From Phycisphaera mikurensis NBRC 102666 (GTDB lineage: Bacteria > Planctomycetota > Phycisphaerae > Phycisphaerales > Phycisphaeraceae): a stretch of 32,000 bases of DNA. The position numbers were made by a program, and so were the translations under genes. Positions 27,851-32,000 of the stretch are shown here, piece by piece; position 1 is the stretch's first letter; each line of letters opens with the position of its first letter. The DNA lies in the NCBI RefSeq assembly GCF_000284115.1, contig NC_017080.1, positions 1,230,001 to 1,262,000 on the forward strand, given 5' to 3'. The notes under the pieces are model-generated. The model was not told the DNA's origin. It ran no database searches and worked only from the letters and a program-made list of their open reading frames with translations.

Positions 27851-28879
27851 TCAGGCCTGCGAGGCGTAGCCGCTGGGGTTCTCCTGGAACCACTTCCAGG
27901 CGTCCCGGACCATCGTGGTGGCGTCGGTGATGGAGGCGGACCAGCCGAGCTGCTCGCGGATCTTCCGCGGGTCGGCGTAGAGCGAGGGCGGGTCGCCGGG
28001 GCGGCGATCGCCGTGCTCGACGGGGAAGTCCACGCCGGTGACCTCCTTCACCGCGTCGATGATCTGCTTGACCGAGAGGCCTTTGCCGGTGCCGAGGTTG
28101 AAGATCATCTGCCGCCGGTCTTCGCGGTCCGGATCCAACTCGTTCATCACCGCGACGTGGGCGTCGATGAGGTCGCTCACGTGGATGTAGTCGCGGATGC
28201 AGGTGCCGTCGGGGGTCGGGTAGTCGAGCCCGAAGATCGTCGCCGACTCCCGCTTGCCCAGCGCGGTGTTCAGCAGCACCGGGATGAGGTGCGTCTCGGG
28301 GTGGTGGTCCTCGCCGATGACGGCGTCGGGGTCGCTGCCGGCCACGTTGAAGTAGCGGAGAGCCGCGTACGCGAAGCCCGGCTCGGCGGCGGCGTGATCC
28401 GCCAGCACGCGTTCGACGAAGAGCTTGCTCCAGCCGTAGGGGTTGATGGGCGACTGCGGCGTGTCCTCGCGGATCGGCATCACCTCCGGCTCGCCGTAGG
28501 TGGCGCAGGTCGAGGAATGCACGAAACGCTTCACGCCCGCGTCCTGCATCGCCTGCAGCAGGCTGACCACGCCCGCGGTGTTGTTCTCGTAATACCTCAG
28601 CGGATCGGTCACCGATTCGCCGACGTAGGCGAGCGCGGCGAAGTTCATGATGGCCTCGGTGCCCAGCTCACGCAGGCGGGCGGCGATTACGGCGCGGTCC
28701 TGCAGGTCGGCTTCGAGCAGCGGGATCTCCTTTCCGCTGCTCGCCCGCAGGGCTTCGACGGCCTCGCGGTGGCCGCGGCCGAGGTTGTCCAGCACGGCCA
28801 CGTCGTGGCCGTCACGCAGCAGCCGCTGCACCGCATGAGAACCGATGTACCCCGCACCGCCTGTGACCAATACCTTCAT
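27851..28879 (-). CDS. galE: UDP-glucose 4-epimerase
   Basis: MKVLVTGGAGYIGSHAVQRLLRDGHDVAVLDNLGRG; NPYGWSKLFVE; start at the ATG at 28879 in ORF 27851..28954. Confidence 0.95.
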   Translation of the reverse strand: MKVLVTGGAGYIGSHAVQRLLRDGHDVAVLDNLGRGHREAVEALRASSGKEIPLLEADLQDRAVIAARLRELGTEAIMNFAALAYVGESVTDPLRYYENNTAGVVSLLQAMQDAGVKRFVHSSTCATYGEPEVMPIREDTPQSPINPYGWSKLFVERVLADHAAAEPGFAYAALRYFNVAGSDPDAVIGEDHHPETHLIPVLLNTALGKRESATIFGLDYPTPDGTCIRDYIHVSDLIDAHVAVMNELDPDREDRRQMIFNLGTGKGLSVKQIIDAVKEVTGVDFPVEHGDRRPGDPPSLYADPRKIREQLGWSASITDATTMVRDAWKWFQENPSGYASQA

Positions 28880-28980
28880 GACGCGAGCGTAATCGGGCGG
28901 CGGCACGCCCGCCTCCAGAGCGATCCACCCGGCGGCCGGTATCTTCGGCGGCACGCCCCGCTCCGCCGAGACCCACCTTC

Positions 28981-29328
28981 ATGAGAACCATCGCCCCCAC
29001 CCGCCGGTCCGCCCTGCTCCCCTTCGTCGCCTGCCTCGCGGTCGCCGCGCTGCCCGCCTGCCAGACCGGCGGCGGCGGCGGTGACGCCGCGGAAGAGGTC
29101 GTCGAGGACTACGCCCCGCGGATGGGCATGACCCAGGAGGAGATCAAGGCCGAGTACGGCGGCGAGCCGGACATCGTCACCGACCGCGCCGCCGGCGGGG
29201 CCGTGTGGAAGTACCACACGAACATGGGGGAGCGCTTCATCCCCTTCAACTTCGGCTACCGGGACCGCTACGACACGATCACCTTCGACGCGTCGGGCGT
29301 CGTGGTGGACTTTACCAAGGAGCGCTGA
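28981..29328 (+). CDS. Small lipoprotein, SmpA/BamE-like pattern possible
   Basis: Signal with ALPACQTG lipobox; MTQEEIKAEYGGEPDIVTDRAAGGAVWKYHTNMGERFIPFNFGYRDRYDTITFDASGVVVDF. Confidence 0.7.
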   Translation: MRTIAPTRRSALLPFVACLAVAALPACQTGGGGGDAAEEVVEDYAPRMGMTQEEIKAEYGGEPDIVTDRAAGGAVWKYHTNMGERFIPFNFGYRDRYDTITFDASGVVVDFTKER

Positions 29329-29408
29329 GGCCGCGCCGGAGGAGGTCCCGGCGTCGGACCCGCGGCCGCTGGGATCCGCCGCACGCGGGCTCCGGACCCG
29401 CGGGCGCC

Positions 29409-29498
29409 AGGCTGCGCCTTTTCCGCGGCACCGGCTGCGCCGGTGTCGGACCCGCGGGCGCCCGGCTGCGCCGTGCGGCGGGTTCGAATCCCGCCCTC
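29409..29498. repeat. 90-nt intergenic repeat, copy 1
   Basis: 3 mismatches to 29572-29661 by eye; contains GGCTGCGCC-core hairpins and GGGTTCGAATCCC T-arm-like sequence. Confidence 0.85.
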
Positions 29499-29508
29499 CC
29501 CCTACGCA

Positions 29509-29547
29509 CAAGATCGGACCGACCCGGAGCGGGTCGGTCCGATCTTG
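29509..29547. repeat. 17-bp perfect hairpin
   Basis: CAAGATCGGACCGACCC (29509-29525), loop GGAGC, GGGTCGGTCCGATCTTG (29531-29547). Confidence 0.9.
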
Positions 29548-29571
29548 ACGGAGAGGGCGGGATGCGCGAAA

Positions 29572-29661
29572 AGGCTGCGCCTTTTCCGCGGCACCGGCTG
29601 CGCCGGTGTCGGACCCGCGGGCGCTCGGCTGCGCCGTGCGGCGGGTTAGAAGCCCGCCCTC
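29572..29661. repeat. 90-nt intergenic repeat, copy 2
   Basis: See copy 1; T-arm-like part mutated to GGGTTAGAAGCCC. Confidence 0.85.
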
Positions 29662-29668
29662 ACTCGGA

Positions 29669-29709
29669 GTTGACAGCGCCCCGGCCCGTGGGGCCGGGGC
29701 GCTGTCAAC
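29669..29709. repeat. 19-bp perfect hairpin abutting the tRNA-Ser 3' end
   Basis: GTTGACAGCGCCCCGGCCC (29669-29687), loop GTG, GGGCCGGGGCGCTGTCAAC (29691-29709). Confidence 0.9.
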
Positions 29710-29797
29710 GGAGAGGGCGGGATTCGAACCCGCGGTGAGATTTGCATCCCACGCCGCTTTAGCAAAGCGGTACCTTCAGCCGCTCGGTCACCTCTCC
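29709..29797 (-). tRNA. tRNA-Ser (anticodon GCU)
   Basis: Acceptor GGAGAGG/CCTCTCC, anticodon arm CCGCT-TTGCTAA-AGCGG, long variable arm, T-arm GCGGG-TTCGAAT-CCCGC, discriminator G; no encoded CCA. Confidence 0.95.
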
Positions 29798-29845
29798 AGG
29801 TGCCTGTCTCCGGATGAACCGCCCGGGGGGTCGGATCGCGGAGGA

Positions 29846-29918
29846 TGCCGACGGCTGGACTCGAACCAGCGACCCAGGGCTTATGAATCCCTTGCTCTAC
29901 CAACTGAGCTACGTCGGC
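29846..29918 (-). tRNA. tRNA-Met type (anticodon CAU; elongator Met or Ile2 not separable by eye)
   Basis: Acceptor GCCGACG/CGTCGGC, D-arm GTAGCTCAGTTGGTAGAGC, loop TTCATAA, T-arm GCTGG-TTCGAGT-CCAGC; 73 nt. Confidence 0.93.
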
Positions 29919-29972
29919 CCCGCGGCGGCATGGTACCCGCGCCGCGCTCGCGGTCAATCGGGCCACCGCCGC

Positions 29973-30863
29973 TCACTTGCCGGCAAAATCGATGAGGCGG
30001 CCGATCTCGCTGCGTAGGCGGTGCCGGTGGACCACGCGGTCGACGAAGCCCTTCTCGAGCAGGAACTCGCTGCGTTGGAAGCCGGCGGGGAGCTCCTGCC
30101 GCACCGTGTTGGCGATGACGCGGGCGCCGGTGAAGCCGATGAGGGCCTTGGGCTCCGCGAGCGTCACGTCGCCCAGCATGGCGAAGCTGGCGGCGGTGCC
30201 GCCGGTGGTGGGGTCGCTGAGCACCGCGATGTACAGGCCGCCGGCGTCGTCGAAGCGGGCCAGGGCGGCGCTGGTCTTGATCATCTGCGAGACGGCCAGC
30301 GTGCTCTCCTGCATGCGGGCGCCGCCGCCGGCGCAGACGAGAATCATCGGGCGGTCCTCGTCGGTCGCCAGCTCGATGGCGCGGGTGATCTTCTCGCCCA
30401 CCACCGACCCCATGCTCGCCATCATGAACCCGGGGTTCATCACCGCGAGCACGACGCCGCGCCCTTTGATGTAGGCGCGGCCCGCGACCAGCGCGTCGCG
30501 TTCGCCGGTCTTCTTCTGCTCCTTCTCGAACCGCTCCTGGTACGGGATGCGGTCGACGAAGGCGAGCGTGTCGAGCGGGACGAGATCCTCCCAAAGCGGC
30601 TCGAAAGAGTCCGGGTCGACCATCTGCCGCACCCGCTCGCGGGCATCGACGCGGTGGTGGTGGTCGCAGGCCGGGCACACCCAGAGGTTCTGCTCCAGCG
30701 TCTTGCGGTAGAGCATCGCCTCGCACACCTGGCAGCGCGTCCAGAGGCCTTCCGGAACGCCCGAGCGGGTGTCGGCGGGGCGGACGTCGCGCCAGCTCCG
30801 GTTGGCGCGGCGATCGGGCAGCGGGGCCGCGGGCGGCTTGGCGTCGGTGGGGGCTTCGGCCAT
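29973..30863 (-). CDS. accD: Acetyl-CoA carboxylase carboxyltransferase subunit beta
   Basis: Zn-ribbon CQVCEAMLYRKTLEQNLWVCPACDHHHRV; RPMILVCAGGGARMQESTLAVSQM; DPTTGGTAASFAMLGDVTLAEPKALIGFTGARVI. Confidence 0.97.
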   Translation of the reverse strand: MAEAPTDAKPPAAPLPDRRANRSWRDVRPADTRSGVPEGLWTRCQVCEAMLYRKTLEQNLWVCPACDHHHRVDARERVRQMVDPDSFEPLWEDLVPLDTLAFVDRIPYQERFEKEQKKTGERDALVAGRAYIKGRGVVLAVMNPGFMMASMGSVVGEKITRAIELATDEDRPMILVCAGGGARMQESTLAVSQMIKTSAALARFDDAGGLYIAVLSDPTTGGTAASFAMLGDVTLAEPKALIGFTGARVIANTVRQELPAGFQRSEFLLEKGFVDRVVHRHRLRSEIGRLIDFAGK

Positions 30864-30906
30864 GGAGGTGAGGGGAGACGCCGCGGCGCCGGCCGCTCCC
30901 GGCGGT

Positions 30907-31386
30907 TCAGGACAGATCGGAGGGGTCGTAAACGTCGCCCTGCGAGGACGAGGTGTAGTCGATCAGCTCGGCGTCGTCGAACCACAGAGACAGCTCACGC
31001 TCGGCCGACTCCGGCGAGTCGCTGCCGTGGATGAGGTTGTGGCCGCCGGAGAGTCCCAGGTCGCCGCGGATCGTCCCCGGGGCGGCGAGCCGGCCGTTGG
31101 TGGCACCGATGAGCGTGCGGCAGACGGCAATCGACCCGACGCCACGCACCGCCATCACCACCACCGGGGCGGAGGTGAAGAACGCGATGAGCCCGTCGAA
31201 GAAGCCCTTGCCGGCGTGCTCGGCGTAGTGCTGCTCGGCGAGCTTCCGCGGCACGTGCACGAGCTTCATGCCGGCGAGCTGCAGGCCTTTGCGCTCGAGC
31301 CGGCCGACGATCTCGCCGACGAGGCCTCGTTGGACGGCGTCGGGCTTGGCGATGAGAAGCGTGGTTTCGAAGGCGGCGGGGGGCAT
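30907..31386 (-). CDS. ndk: Nucleoside diphosphate kinase
   Basis: TTLLIAKPDAVQRGLVGEIVGRLERKGLQLAGMKL; GTIRGDLGLSGGHNLIHGSDSPESAERELSLWF. Confidence 0.96.
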   Translation of the reverse strand: MPPAAFETTLLIAKPDAVQRGLVGEIVGRLERKGLQLAGMKLVHVPRKLAEQHYAEHAGKGFFDGLIAFFTSAPVVVMAVRGVGSIAVCRTLIGATNGRLAAPGTIRGDLGLSGGHNLIHGSDSPESAERELSLWFDDAELIDYTSSSQGDVYDPSDLS

Positions 31387-31737
31387 GTCGTTCTCCTGAG
31401 GAGCGGGGAGCGGGCGGGGGAGGACGATACCGGCTCGGTGCTCCGGGGGCGGTGAAGCGGGCCACGCTGCCGGGGCTGCGGGGGAGGCGAAGCACCGCTC
31501 CGCGGCGGGGGCCACCTGCCCAGGGGCCCGCTCCGCGATGCCACGCTCTCGCCGGGGGGCCGCCGATGGCCCCGACGCGGGACGCCGCCGGCGCTCAAGA
31601 CGTACGGGCCTCTGCGACCCCGAGGGGCCTCGCCGGCCGATCGCGCCGCGGCGGCCCCCGGTGCCCGGAGCCCCGAGCCGCTGCGGTAGGGTGGCGCCCG
31701 GACCACTCGCCGGGGGAGCCCAAGGAAGAACAGCATC

Positions 31738-32000
31738 ATGCGGCCAGTTGAGACCGCCACCGACATCGCAGGACGGGAGCTCGCCAAGGGCGACACCGTC
31801 TCGACCACCACCGGCTTCGCCTCGGGGCGCATCTGGGACATCGCCGACGACGACGGCGTGAGCTTCGTTCAGATCCGGCCGGTCCACCAGCCGTACGGGC
31901 AGGCGGTCTGGTACGCGAGCGAGCAGGTGATCTGGGTGGCCACGCCGAAGATCCGCGACCGGGCGAAGGAGGAGGCGGAGAAGAAGATCGCCGTGGAGAA
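31738..32000 (+). CDS. Hypothetical protein, 3'-truncated by window edge
   Basis: ATG at 31738; MRPVETATDIAGRELAKGDTVSTTTGFASGRIWDIADDDGVSFVQIRPVHQPYGQAVWYASEQVIWVATPKIRDRAKEEAEKKIAVE, open to the window end. Confidence 0.5.
   Translation, partial: MRPVETATDIAGRELAKGDTVSTTTGFASGRIWDIADDDGVSFVQIRPVHQPYGQAVWYASEQVIWVATPKIRDRAKEEAEKKIAVE

Noticed and set aside
29478-29498. Possible plus-strand tRNA gene ending in GGGTTCGAATCCCGCCC
   Set aside because: Only a T-arm-like piece is present; no matching acceptor 5' strand, D-arm or anticodon arm upstream. Kept as a repeat/fragment, not a tRNA.
29338-29738. Predicted plus-strand ORF fragments in the repeat region (e.g. 29443..29649, 28876..29511)
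   Set aside because: These are translations of duplicated palindromic DNA (GCAGVGPAGARL repeats reflect nucleotide duplication); no support as proteins.

Overview
Very GC-rich, gene-dense chromosomal window. Protein content suggests a planctomycete of the Phycisphaerae type (inference from gene style, not verified). Most of the window is housekeeping: fabH (3' end), a Gfo/Idh/MocA oxidoreductase, a BaiN/HI0933-like flavoprotein, lnt, a HEAT-repeat protein, an RsmB/NOL1-like rRNA methyltransferase, a DUF4190-like protein, a DUF3465-like protein, rny, a sensor histidine kinase, a large mechanosensitive channel, dodecin, msrB, a fasciclin protein, tsaB, trpD, galE, tRNA-Ser(GCU), tRNA-Met-type (CAU), accD and ndk. 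I see no phage, transposase, CRISPR or secondary-metabolite cluster. The best non-routine signals are: (1) a family of intergenic mini-hairpins that keep a GGC-GCA-GCC core (other strand GGC-TGC-GCC) while the outer stem pairs vary in a compensated way, in two clusters at about 16.9-18.25 kb and 29.41-29.64 kb; (2) a ~160-nt tandem duplication next to tRNA-Ser, carrying inverted copies of the tRNA T-arm/acceptor end around two long perfect hairpins of unrelated sequence; (3) a purine/pyrimidine GAAGCGAAGAAG-type repeat with a 64-nt period that supplies the C-terminus of the channel CDS; (4) an overlapping small-protein/nucleotidyltransferase pair resembling a toxin-antitoxin or Abi module. All sequence comparisons were made by eye; no database search was done.
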